This document shows, piece after piece, positions 1 through 13,300 of a DNA stretch of 64,000 bases. Made by a program: the position numbers and the translations under genes. The notes beneath the pieces were generated by a model. The model had not been told where the DNA came from, ran no database searches, and saw only the letters and a list, made by a program, of their open reading frames with translations. How positions within the stretch are numbered: the stretch's first letter is position 1; the number at the start of each line of letters is the position of its first letter. The DNA comes from Octopus sinensis (Eukaryota). Where the stretch lies: assembly GCF_006345805.1 (NCBI RefSeq), contig NW_021835973.1, positions 28,559 through 92,558 of the forward strand. The letters are read 5' to 3'.

Positions 1-684
1 GTTGCAAATTTTGATGATTGAGGGCCCCCGATTTTGAGGAAAGAGGCCATGCCATTACAGTAATATCCTATCAGTATGTGAATGAACTTTAGAACTTACT
101 AGAGCCAAAACTCACGGACCTTAGAAATTCAGATATATGGAGAAAGGTTGTGGATGTGGGAGACCCAGGAAGACATGGGATGAAATACTGAAGGCCGATC
201 TCAAAATGCTAAGCCTTACGAAAGATGACAGGGGACTGAGATCATCATACTGGCAGGGGTTGGATGGTTTGACTGATGACTGGCAAGCCAGGAGGCTGCA
301 CCAGGCTCCAATCTGATCCGGCAAGGTTTCTACAGCTGGATGCCCTTCCTAACACCAAAATGTGGTGCATTGTTGTACTCAAGAAGACTTTCCCACCACA
401 ACAGAATTGAGATCCTAAAAACAAGGTGTCATGTAAAAAGAATTGGTGTGGGTGCTGGTGCCATATATAAAAGCACCCAGTACACACTGTAAAGTGGTTG
501 GCATTAGGAAGGGCATCCAGCCATAGAAACTATACCAAAACAGACTACGGAACCTGGTGCAACACCTGACTTTGGCAGTTCCTGTCGAACCAACCAACCC
601 ATGAAATCCTGGAAAACAGACATTAAATGATGATGAGAATGGTGTCAACAGGTTGGAGCCACCACTCACTCAGCGAAAAAACCA

Positions 685-880
685 ATGGAAATTTGGAGAA
701 GACCTTTTCCAGGACACTTGACATTGGATAGTCTCCATGTTCACCTGATCTCACCACCTGTGATTATTTCTGATTTTTTTTTTTCCTGGGGTTACCTGAA
801 AGCTGAGGTCTATAAACATCAACCATCAACCGTTGACAAATGGAAGACTACTATATGTCAAAACAAATTTCAGAAATGTC
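685..880 (+). mobile_element. Tc1/mariner-superfamily transposase relic (C-terminal catalytic region)
   Basis: Frameshifted SPDLTTCDYF...WGYLKAEVYKHQPSTVDKWKTTI, resembling the SPDL.P.D.FLWG.LK..VY motif. Confidence 0.7.
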
Positions 881-1950
881 TTTCAGTGCTGGCTCTGAAT
901 TCTATAGAAAATCTGCAGTGAAGAATTTTAAATAAAATAATGGAATATGAAATCCATTTCGAAGTAAACAATATCAAAGTGGCAAACTTCGTGGCTCAAA
1001 CTGTTACACCGGACACACACACGAGTGCGGCTGATGAGACATTTGCTAACAAAGAAATACCGGACCTCATTATAATACAGCACACGGAACCAAACCCAAA
1101 GAGAAGAGGCAGTTAATGATACACAACTGTCTGTTATAGAATTGTACACAATATTAAGATTAGCAATGAAAGCATTCTTTGCTAATAACAATGTACAAAC
1201 CAAACAATTACTACGGGAATATTAGGGAGAGCAACATTAGAGGTAACGGCCGAATTTCAAAACCGGTGATGACACAAAACAACAGCTATAATCCTCATTG
1301 TCCACTATAAAAAAAAAAGGTCATACCAAATGACACTAACTTCGCTGAAGCGAGCAAGAAGGAGCTTCTCGGTGGTCGTTCGATCTGTTAGAAATAGCAG
1401 GCAAATATTCTCGTAAAGCCATACGCGATCGTCTTAGGACAAAATACAAAAGACACATTGGCCACAGTGGTTCTAGGTATACAGAACAAAAGAATGCAAT
1501 CTCCACCCCATTCCACCCAACCACAATAAATAACAACAACTACAAAAACAAGCGACAATGGCAAAAACGCATGATCACAGATGCAACGCTTTCTTTCTTT
1601 TTTTTTTCGCCATGGCCTTGCTCGATCAAGGTTGACCGGGAACTAAAATCTAGAAACCTTGATGGACGAAGCCGTATATTTCCCAAACAAAACGAGCAGA
1701 AACGACTATAAATCATTGATGAACAACATATATAATAAACTTGAGTAGTTAAGGTTTCACTTTCTTTTTTTTAAAAAATTCCGTCAAACATAGACATATA
1801 TACATACATACACATATATATATATATGCGCAGGAATTTGGTGTATAAATAAACTCTGGAGTTATTTAGTCTACGGAGATCTTTGCCAACTCAACCACTT
1901 CTTGAGTTTTTTTGGTTTGACTGCAAATTCTATTCACATTTTTGTAGTAT

Positions 1951-1985
<35 letters not shown>

Positions 1986-2733
1986 ATTTCAAATTTTGGC
2001 ACAAGGCCAGTAATTTTAACTGGTACTTTATTCTATCGACCCCGGAAAGGATGAAAGGCAAAAATCGACCCCGGAGTGCATCTGAACTGAAAGCGTATAG
2101 ACCGGACGAAATCCTGCTAAGCATTTTGTCGTCCGGCGTGCTAACGATTCTGCAAGAGCTCGGTACCATAATAATAAATGATCGTTTCGAATTTTCTCAG
2201 AAAGCCAGCAATTTTTGGTGGAGGGAATAAGTCGATAACATCGACCCCCGGTGCCCAATAATAATATTGTCCATGTTGCAGTTTAATTCTGGGTCCGATC
2301 TGACTGAGCAAACCTAAAATTAAATGCTTCAAACATTAAGTTTTTACAAAGTAGATTGTATCCAGGACTGCATTCTTCCATTCTTCCTACGAGCACACAT
2401 TTCCTAGAGGACGAAAGCGGAGATTTAGCAGTTATTTCTAGCAGATCTGAGTGTCTCACTGCGTAACAGCTCTTTTCTTCAGTGCAATTTTATATATATG
2501 CATATATATGTATATATAGGCACACATAGACATCTCAAAATCAAAGACACCCCTCATCTCTCTCTGTATATATATATATATATATATATCGTATATACAT
2601 ACATATATTTGTGTATATGAGTGTCTATTTACTTTTGAGGTATCTATGTATACATACAAGTATGTACATACATATATATATTGGTGTGAGCGTATACATA
2701 TCTACTTAAGAAATGTATGTGTGAATATATATA

Positions 2734-2771
<38 letters not shown>

Positions 2772-3300
2772 TACATCTGTGTAGGTAAAGAGTGGGGAAA
2801 AAAATAAAAAGATTGCTGAATATCGAATACATTTAGTAAAATAAGGCAAAAAATTGAAGACGAAGGAAAAGTTTTGAGGATACTTACTGTGTTTGGGTGA
2901 AATATATGGGAATAAAAATATCTAATTAGTGAAATATAAATCTTCCTTTATATCTCTCTCTACCTTACTATATACACACACAACAGATACATTTATATAT
3001 GTGTGTATATATACATTTATATGTATATAAATATATATATATATTAGATTGAAGACACCTCAGATCTTAAGAGAGAAGAGAGAGAAAGTTGCTATTAAAC
3101 AAGAAATGACGTTAATTAACAGATGCGACTACGCAAGCGGCCCCCGACTCTTGCTATCCCAGTATTCCATGCGAACAGATGTGAAACCCCTTATGTCGTT
3201 ACAAAAGGTTTTTTTTTTTAATATTTTGCTGAAAAGTTTTTAGGAATCGAAATACTTTTCGAATAAAAAAGTTTATTAGTTTATTGATATAAGTTATGGA

Positions 3301-3748
3301 TGGATCTTTTCGGTTTGAACGGCAGTTTTTTTTTTTTTTAATAATTTCTACGTAGCTAAACACTTTTAAATTTCATATACTGGTAGAATGTGTTTTTATA
3401 AAACATCTTTTTCCTCTTGGCTTTTATTGAGGAAAATTCTATAGTTTGTAAGATATTTGTTGTTTTGTTTTCTTCTTCAATTTCTGCAATTTCAACCAAT
3501 CAATGACGTCTATTGAGGTAAAAAAAAAAAACATTCTGTGCCGAATGAATATGTCCCTCGTTTAAGAAACAGATTGGGTTTATTTACATTTTATATACAT
3601 TTGTGAAGAAAAAAAAGATACCCTTCCCCCCACCCATAACCCTAAAACAGATTGAAATGCAATAGATCGATACTAGGGTCATAATTATGGGTGACAATTT
3701 CATGTGACACCGCTAGAAAAAAACTGCCGGTCAAACGGAAAAGATCCA
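3301..3748. mobile_element. MITE with about 31-bp terminal inverted repeats
   Basis: TGGATCTTTTCGGTTTGAACGGCAGTTTTTT at 3301 versus the reverse complement of AAAAAACTGCCGGTCAAACGGAAAAGATCCA ending 3748 (2 mismatches). No coding capacity. Confidence 0.8.
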
Positions 3749-4070
3749 AAGTTTGTTGATATAAGTTATTATATATATTTATTATTTATATATATTTATT
3801 TATATATTTATTATTTATATATGTTTATTTATATATTTATTATTTATATATATTTATTTATATATTTATTATTTATATATTTATATATATTTGTGTGTTG
3901 GTGAGAGTGTTATTAGTTATTATTTATTATAAACATTGGTAACGTCGTTGGACTTAGCGTGTATGAAATTAAATACAGAGATGGAGGATGGAGGATGTAG
4001 AGTAACAAAGACGTAAACTACAGCTGTTGATGTAACGTTTTATATACACACAACAGAGAGACACACACAC

Positions 4071-6164
4071 GCATACATAGATACATGCGCAAACACATAT
4101 ACATACATACATACATGCATACATACATACATACATACATACATGCATACATGCATACATACATACATACATGCATGCATGCATACATATATACATACAT
4201 ACATACATGCATACATACATACATACACACATGCATACATGCATACATACATATATACATACATACATACATGCATGCATACATACATACATGCATGCAT
4301 ACATACATACATACATACATGCATACATGCATACATACATACATACATACATGCATAACATACATACATACATACATACATACATACATACATGCATACA
4401 TGCATACATGCACATACATACATACATACATACACATACATACATACATGCATGCATACATACAACATACATGCATACATGACATACATACATACATACA
4501 TACATAACATACATGCATACATGCACATACATACATACATACATGCATACATGCATACATGCATACATACATACATACATACATGCATACATACATACAT
4601 ACATGCATACAATACATACATACATACATGCATACATACATACATACATACATACATGCATACATACATACATACATGCCATACATACATACATACATAC
4701 ATAATACATACATGCATACATGCATACATACATACATACATACATGCATACATGCATTACATACATACATACATACATACAGCATACATGCATACATACA
4801 TACATACATGCATACATACATGCATACATGCATACATGCATACATACATACATACATTACATACATACATGCATACAGCATACATACATACTACATACAT
4901 ACATGCCATACATACATACATGCATGCATACATACATACATTACATACATACATACATACATACATGCATACATGCACATACATACATACCATACATACA
5001 TACATGCATACATACATACATAATGCATACATACATACATGACATACATACATACATGACATACATACATACATACATGCATACATACATACATACATAC
5101 ATACAAACATACATACATGCATACATAATACACATACATACATATATACATACATACATACATACATGCATACATGCATACATACATACATACATACATA
5201 CATGCATACATGCATACATACATACATACATACATACATACATACATGCATACATGCATACATACATACATACATACATGCATACATGCATACATACATA
5301 CATACATACATACATACATACATGCATACATACATACATGCATACATGCATACATACATACATACATACATACATGCATACATGCATACATACATACATA
5401 CATACATACATACATGCATACATGCATACATACATACATACATGCATACATACATACATACATACATGCATACATGCATACATACATACATACATACATG
5501 CATACATACATACATACATACATACATACATACATGCATACATGCATACATGCATACATACATACATACATACATGCATACATGCATACATACATACATG
5601 CATACATACATGCATACATGCATACATACATACATACATACATACATGCATACATACATACATGCATACATGCATACATACATACATACATGCATACATG
5701 CATACATACATACATACATACAAACATACATGCATGCATACATACATACATACATACACATACATGCATACATTCATACATACATACATACATGCATACA
5801 TGCATACATACATACATACATACATACATGCATACATGCATACATACATACATACATGCATACATACATACATACATGCATACATGCATACATACATACA
5901 TACATACATACATACATACATACATGCATACATACATACATACATGCATGCATACATACATACATACATACATACATACATCATACATACATACATACAT
6001 ACATACATGCATACATACATACATACATACATACATACATACATACATGCATACATACATACATACATACATACATACATACATACATACATACATACAT
6101 ACATACATACATGCATACATACATACATACATACATACATGCATACATACATTCATACATGCAT
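4071..6164. repeat. About 2.1-kb compound (TACA)n/(TGCA) microsatellite
   Basis: Directly visible. It is the source of the YIHT/MYVC pseudo-ORFs. Confidence 0.97.
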
Positions 6165-6859
6165 GAAAGAAATATACAAGGGAGATAAATCCTTGTAATT
6201 TGGAATTATTCAAGGGAAGTAATTCCTTTCGTTTAGTTATGGACCAGTAATAATTTCCTCATATTTGAGCTATTATAAAGTATTTTTCGGTCGATAAGTG
6301 ACGAAGTATTAGGGTTCTGGTGTCCGTATTAAGTGTACGTTTTGTAGTATTAAAAAGGTTGGGAACCACTGTCCTACCACGGGGCTACGCGCCTTCGAAA
6401 CACTTTTATATATAAATACTCAAAAAAGAGCACGAACTCTTGTTCTAATCCTACACAAATACAATTAGAAAACTTTGGCTTCTAATTTAGGCACAGAATT
6501 AGCAATTTTAATGGGACTGCATCAATATCAGTACTCAAGTGGTACTTTATTTTATCAGCCCCGAAAGGTTGACAGGCGAAGTCGACCTTGGCGGCATCTG
6601 AACTCAGACCGTAAAAAGCCGGAAGAAATACCGTTGAGAATTTCATCCGACTCTCCAGCAATTCTATTCCAATCACAGTCTCTCATCAAAATCACCTGAC
6701 AAAGAAACACAACTCAAAAATTTAAATATGTTAATTAATTTTTTTATTAATTACTTATTAAGAGATGTGTGCTATCTCCAGTACTGTTGATCTCACTAAC
6801 TTCAGTTGCCAAAAAATATCCCGTTAACCACGAAGGTGGGAATAAAATAAATCTTTAGA

Positions 6860-6973
6860 AGCGACTTTCCATTTTGGTCTGATTTCTCTCGTCGTAGGCG
6901 GCCTTCATTCACATCTCTTCTTTCTTCTTAAAGACAATCATTCAACCGCGTACGCACACACACATTAATATAC

Positions 6974-7008
<35 letters not shown>

Positions 7009-7116
7009 GTTTATTAATATTTAGCAATAGATACATAGAATAGCTAACGAGAGTGAAATGATATTTCTGAGTGAGTGTTGGCAGTGGACGTAAGCGGCCT
7101 CGGCTACAGTAGAACT
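6860..7116 (+). promoter_or_regulatory. Probable VPS25 promoter / 5' UTR region
   Basis: Lies immediately upstream of the ATG. Locally CpG-enriched unique sequence is interrupted by a (CA)/(TA) tract at about 6955-7008. No TSS can be assigned from sequence alone. Confidence 0.35.
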
Positions 7117-7166
7117 ATGGCGGAGTTCCAGTGGCCGTGGCAATACAACTTTCCCCCTTTCTTTAC
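7117..7166 (+). CDS. VPS25: VPS25 exon 1 (coding part)
   Basis: ATG at 7117, MAEFQWPWQYNFPPFFT, donor AC|GTAAGT (phase 2). Confidence 0.95.
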
Positions 7167-7351
7167 GTAAGTCTTGGATAAACCCACCGAATATCTCTGA
7201 TATTACATGCACACCTGTATTCACATAACTCATAGCTATTACGTAAGCAATAATGTATTGTTAGACACCTTAAGAATGTCCTGTCTATTTTCGTTTTCTA
7301 CCCCTTGCTTGTTGACAAGAATGACTGTTGGTGTGTTTGTGTGAATGTATG

Positions 7352-7398
<47 letters not shown>

Positions 7399-10300
7399 CA
7401 GTTGTGTGTGTATGCTGTGGTGCACCTGAGCACTGTATACAATAATTTCATTATATATACATATATATATATCATACATTTATTTATATATGTGTGTGTA
7501 CAGAAAGGCGTGTTGTTTAACTGAGTGAGCTCAGCGGATTTATAACCAAAGCTGTTCCATCCGTGACTACCAAGTTGTAACGGGCAGGATTAAATTATCC
7601 GTTATGCCTTCCCTTAAGTCGACAGCGCTTGTGTTTTGAAGGCGATTTGTCTGCTATTTCTAGCAGGTTAAGCGACTACATAGTGGTTCATTCATTACTT
7701 CAGTATCAGAAGAATTAGTCCTACAAGAATTTAATGTCTCGATCAATTTGTATCTATTGTGTGTAAGAAATATGGGCATTCTTTCGATATAACTCGACAA
7801 AATCAAAACATTTCACTTCGGGCATTTCCGTGGGTTGTGGAATAATAGATATAACGAAATTATGCCAGCAATGTCTCGTTTTAAACTTTAAAGAAAAGAA
7901 GCCTTGCATATTTCTTCTTACCTCTTTCACGTGTGGATGTAAAATCTGCAAATTTCCAAGCAGAAAACAGAATCGAACTGTCATTTGCTTCCACGGAAAT
8001 ACCCGAAGTGAAATGTTTTGATTTTGTCGAGTTATATCGAAGGAATGCCGAAATATGTGTAGTTTTCCATTTTACAGCGGAATACCATTGCAGCTATCAA
8101 AGAGAGAATGGGCGTATTTTGAATGGTGCCCCAGCATGGCCGCGGCCTTCGGGCTAAAACATTTTAAAGGATTTTAAGGATTTAAGTAGATATGAAAGTT
8201 AAATTCTTGCCTTAACTACACAAGCGTACCTCTCCCCGACACTCTCCCATAACTTCGAGAAAAATGGATATTGGCAATCCATCGCTTTTGGTCTCATTCT
8301 TCCATCAGTGTTCGCCAATTTCTGTAAAGTCTTTATTTATTTATTTACCTTTATATTCATGTCCTGTTGGAGTTGGCATTCGCTTTGAAATGGATGAGGA
8401 AGGTGAAAAACGAAAAGATGATCCTATTTTGTTTGCTTGTATGTATGTTTGTTTGCCGAACAATGATGGCAAGTCTGAGACGAAAAACGATAGAATGCCT
8501 AGATATTTATTAATGACATTTTCTACAAATACGCTTGAGATTGAGTAGAATCCTATTGTATCGGAATTTGTTGGGGAAAATGTTTTATCCGAGGGTGGGG
8601 AGAGAAGTTTTGGAAAATTCACATGAGCCGGTTTTTTTTTTCATAACTTTCAGAAAAATGGGTATTTTTTAAATAAAATTTTCTTAAAATAGCTATCAGA
8701 TGGTGTAGATTACAATGATATGAGGATTTAATAACATCATCATCATTTAACGTCCGCCTTCTATGCTGGCATGGGTTGGACGGTTTGACAGGAGACTGCA
8801 CCAGACTTCTGTCTGTTTTGGCATGGTTTTTACGGCTCGATGCCCAACCACCTAGCAAAAAAATAAATGATGGTCTCGCACACTTACATACTGACACAAG
8901 GTAACCCTATCTACAAAATGAAACTGGAAATTTCTAAAAATATTGTGATGTGTGTTAGTGTGTATGTTCACATGCTCAACAATTTCATTTTTCAAATTAA
9001 ATTACAATATCATCGTAAGCTACTCCATCTGAAAGGTATTTGTAGAAAATTTCATTATAAAGTACCCATTTCTTTTTTTGAGAGTTAGGAAGCCAACTTG
9101 TGTGAATTTTCTGAAACTCCTTTGCCAACCCTCAGAAAAAAATTTTCACAACTTATGAAAATAATTTACACCAGGGTCCACAGATGCAATATAGTAATTA
9201 GGGGATCCACAGTAATTTTTCCGGAGCCATAAAAATATTGTGCATCAGACCAGTAAAGTTTACATGCATTAAACTGGTAATAAGTCCACAAAATATTTTA
9301 ACAATTTTTATAAAATTCCTGATAATATTTAATCATAAAAATACAATAGGATTTTTAAAATACTGAATAATTAAGAGGGTCCAACTAAGTAGTAAGAATC
9401 AAAGGGGTCCATAGGTAAAAGATGGTTGGGAACCTCTGATCTCTACCATCTGAAGCATATTTGCAGAAAATTTCATTTAAAAAATAGTCATTTTTCTGGA
9501 AGTTATGAGGAAACAAAGTCTGGGTGGGGAGGGGAAAACTTGTAAAGGTAGGTTTGGCAAATTCTTAATGAGTAACCCTGTAATTAATTAGAATCTCCAA
9601 TCTGTTGTATGCTAAAAATATACAGAGGAAAGTTAATAGCCGATTCTGATTGTTATCCCATTCTTTAGAAGTACATTTCAAATTGCAAATACCTGAAAAT
9701 ATTGAAAAAAGAAACCGATAAAAGTACAACCATCGACTTGTATTATTTCTTAATACTTGCATTGTTTTGGTTAAAAAAATGAAAAACATATATATATATA
9801 TATATCACCATCATCTTTTAACGTCCTCTTTCCATGCTGGAATGGGTTAGACACTTTGGCTGGAACTGGTAAGCTGGAGTGCTACATCAAGTTCCAGTCT
9901 GATTTTGGCTTGGTTTCTATGGCTGGATGCCCTTCCTAAAGCCAACCACTCCAAGAGTGTAATGGGTGCTCTTTACAAGCCACCAGCATGGGCACCAGTT
10001 ACGTGACACCAGCATCAGTCCTGACTACGATTTCACTTGGCTTGATAAGTCTTCTCAATCACAGCACATTGCCAAAGGTCTCGGTCATTTGTCGTCACCT
10101 CTGTGAGGCCCAGATATCATCATCATCGTTTAACGTCTGTTTTCCGTGCTAGCACGGATTGGACGGTTCGCCCGGGGTCTGGGAAGCCAGGAGGCTGTAC
10201 CAGGCTCCAGTCTGATCTGGCAGTGCCAGCCTCACCTGGCACCTGTGCCAGTGGCATGTAAAAAGCACCTACTACACTCATGGAGTGGTTGATGTTGGGA

Positions 10301-13300
10301 AGGGTATCCAGCTGTAGAAACACTGCCAGATCAGACTGGGGCCTGGTGCAGCCTCCTGGCTTCCCAGACCCCAGTCAAACCATCCAACCCTTGCTAGCTT
10401 GGAAAGCAGATGTTAAATGATGATGATGATGATTTATATATATTTATATCTAATCTGTATGTATGTCATTTCAGGATCCAACCAAACTTTGACACAAGAA
10501 AGAAACAGCTGGAGGCATGGTGTTACCTGATTCTCGATTACTGTAAATATCATAAGATCTACTGCTTGGATGTCACTGAATCCCAGGGCTCAGTCCTTTT
10601 TTACAACAAAAAGCTAAACCGTATCCTTTCAATGTTTAACCCTTTCGTTACTGTATTTATTTTGAGATGCTCTGTGTTTCTTTCAATTACTTTAAATATA
10701 ACAAAGAATTTAGTAAAATAACTTAGTTATCATTCAGCTAGTGCTAGGAGCGTAAATTGTGACTAAGGATTCGTGGAAGATTTTAATTCAAAACTTAGGA
10801 AAACAAGACATTTGTATTCAGAACCAGAGCTGGTTTCAGCCGGGTTTGGTAATGAAAGGGTTAATAGTGTTCACCCATTTGGGTTGAGTTCACCTCCCAT
10901 GGAAACTGGACGAGACTTTTGACACCATTTCAATCAAGCAAGGTCATCTTTCATTAGAAGCAAAATTACTTTAAAAATGCCTGCTAGGTACAGGTATGGC
11001 TGTGTGGTCAAGAAGTTCACTTCCCAACCTCATGGTTTCAGGTTCAATCCCAGAGCATTGGCACCTTGAGCATGTGTCTTATACTATAGCCCCAGGCTGT
11101 TCAAATTCTGGTGAATGAACTTGGTAGACAATAACTGAATGGTGTTGGCTGCTTTTTTATCTTTTATTTTTGACTGTCCCCATGCTGGGGCACCACCTTG
11201 TCAGTTCTTATGTTCTGAGTACAAATTCTACTGAGGTCGACTTTGCCTTTCATCCTTTCAGAGTTGATTAATTAAGTACCAGTGAAACACTGGGGTCAGT
11301 GTAATCGACTAATCCTTATCCCCCAAATTTCTGGCCTATACCTTCAGTAGAAAGGATTATTATTATTATTATTAAACAAATATTGCCAGACATTTTGTCA
11401 ATCACTCCACTACTTTGGTCTATCCACATATTAAAATTACCCTTTCTACTAAAGGCACATGGCGTGAAATTTGTGTGGGAGGGTACTAGTTGATTACATC
11501 GGTCCCCCCAGTCTTTCACTGGTACTTAATTTATCGACCCCGAAAGGATGAAAGGCAAAGTTGACCTTGGCAGAATTTGAACTCGGAACGTAGCGATGGG
11601 TGAAATACCACCTTACTCTTTTTTGTTTTTTTCACTCTTTTACTTGTTTCAGTCATTTGACTGCGGCCATGCTGGAGCATCGCCTTTAGTCGAGCAAATC
11701 GACCCCAGGACTTATTCTTTGTCAGCCTAGTACTTATTCTATCGGTCCCTTTTGCCAAACTGCTAAGTTACAGGGACATAAACACACCAACATCACAGAC
11801 ACAGAAACATACACACACACTCGTATATATACATATATACAACGGGCTTCTTTCAGTTTCCATCTACCAAATCCACTCACAAGGCTTTGGTCAGCCTGAG
11901 GCTATAGCAGAAGACACTTGCCCGAGGTGTCACAGTGGAACTGAACCTGGAACCATGTGGTTGGTAAGCAAGCTACTAACCACACACAGCCACTCCTGTG
12001 CCTTGTAAATATTAATATAATGTCTCATGTCTAAAGAGAGTAATTGCCCAAAAATTCATTAGCAATCAAGATTTATTTTATGGAAGATTGGGGTGAGTTG
12101 GTCATGGTTGGATATTAACTCAGAACAGTGCAGAACCAGAAACAGTTTCTTCTGCTCTCTGTGCTTATCCTGATGTTTAATCGGTTTTATGTTGAAACTG
12201 GACAGATCTGTCCTTTCACACCATCCTCACGATTCCATTCAAAAGGTAAACAAGCACATCATCGAAATCTCTAAACTGCTAGGTGATGCATGAGTAATTT
12301 AAAACGATGTGAGTGAAATAAGCGTGACTTTTCAGAGACTAATTCTGAATGCTGACGAGTAAAGGATCAACAAAAAAAAAATGTTCCGTTCAGTCAACAG
12401 TTGTCTCCCTTGGACTGCTCCCTTAGACCTCCGTAATGCTATGATGGACCGTGAAGTTTGGCGTAGCATGGTAAATTCCATTGTCTCGACCACGGTCGGA
12501 CAATGATGATGATGATGACAGACTGCTGCATCTTGTTTTCGTTCGTTGACAATATTCTGGAGTTAATACTCCACTCCCGTCCATTTGGGCATGTTTTCTT
12601 CTACTATAGCCTCGGGCCGACCAAAGCCTTGGGAGTGGATTTGGTAGACAGAAACTGAAAGAAGCCCATCAATTATGTGTATATATATATATGTTTGTGT
12701 GTCTGTGTTTGTCTCCCCCAACATCGCTTGACAACCGATGCTGGTGTGTTTACGTCCCCGTAACTTAGCGGTTCGGCAAAAGAGACCAATAGAATAATTA
12801 CTAGGCATACAAAGAATAAGTCCGGGGTCGATGTGCTCGACTAAAAGGCGGTGCTCCAGCATGGCCACAGTGAAATGACTGAAACAAGTAAAAGAGTATA
12901 TATATGTGTGTGTGTGTGTATATACATATATATATATATATAAACACATAAACCAAGCCGAAGCAGACATAGAACCTGGTACTGCTCTCTGGCTTGTCTG
13001 TTTTTGTCAAGCCATTCCACCCATGCCAGCATGGAAAAAAGGACGTTAAATGCTGATAATGATGATGATGATGATATAATCGTACACACACAACACAATG
13101 ATAGTCAGCAATATATAGTCGAGTTTCTTCTCATGTCCTGCATAACTAATTTCTTCCTTGACCTTTCGCCAGGGAAACTATCCACAGATTCATTAATGAC
13201 AATTCTTGATGAATTAAAGAAAAAAGGTAAGTAATTAATTTTTTACTATTTCTTACTCTACACAACAGACTCAATGTCCTACCAGTGATGCTGTCTACAT

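Larger units (their letters stand above)
10621..13172 (+). other. U12-type (minor spliceosome) GT-AG intron, VPS25 intron 2
   Basis: 5' end GTATCCTTTC matches the U12 consensus RTATCCTTT. TTCCTTGAC at 13154-13162 matches the U12 branch consensus TTCCTTRAC, with the branch A 11 nt from the 3' end. There is no long polypyrimidine tract. The other four introns start GTAAGT. Confidence 0.9.

Noticed and set aside
940-1116. 58-aa plus-strand ORF MEYEIHFEVNNIKVANFVAQTVTPDTHTSAADETFANKEIPDLIIIQHTEPNPKRRGS
   Set aside because: No recognisable homology and no convincing splice acceptor; short enough to be chance.
3969-6213. Many long ORFs (up to 492 aa) of YIHT/MYVC repeats; similar ORFs at 34.2-36.5, 43.4-44.1, 46.7-47.6, 50.5-54.8 and 58.6-60.0 kb
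   Set aside because: Translations of TACA/TATG/GATA/TA microsatellites, which stay open in several frames on both strands.
6790-6920. Possible head-to-head gene start opposite VPS25 (CAAAATGGAAAAG on the minus strand)
   Set aside because: The ORF closes after 23 codons, with no good donor or downstream exons.
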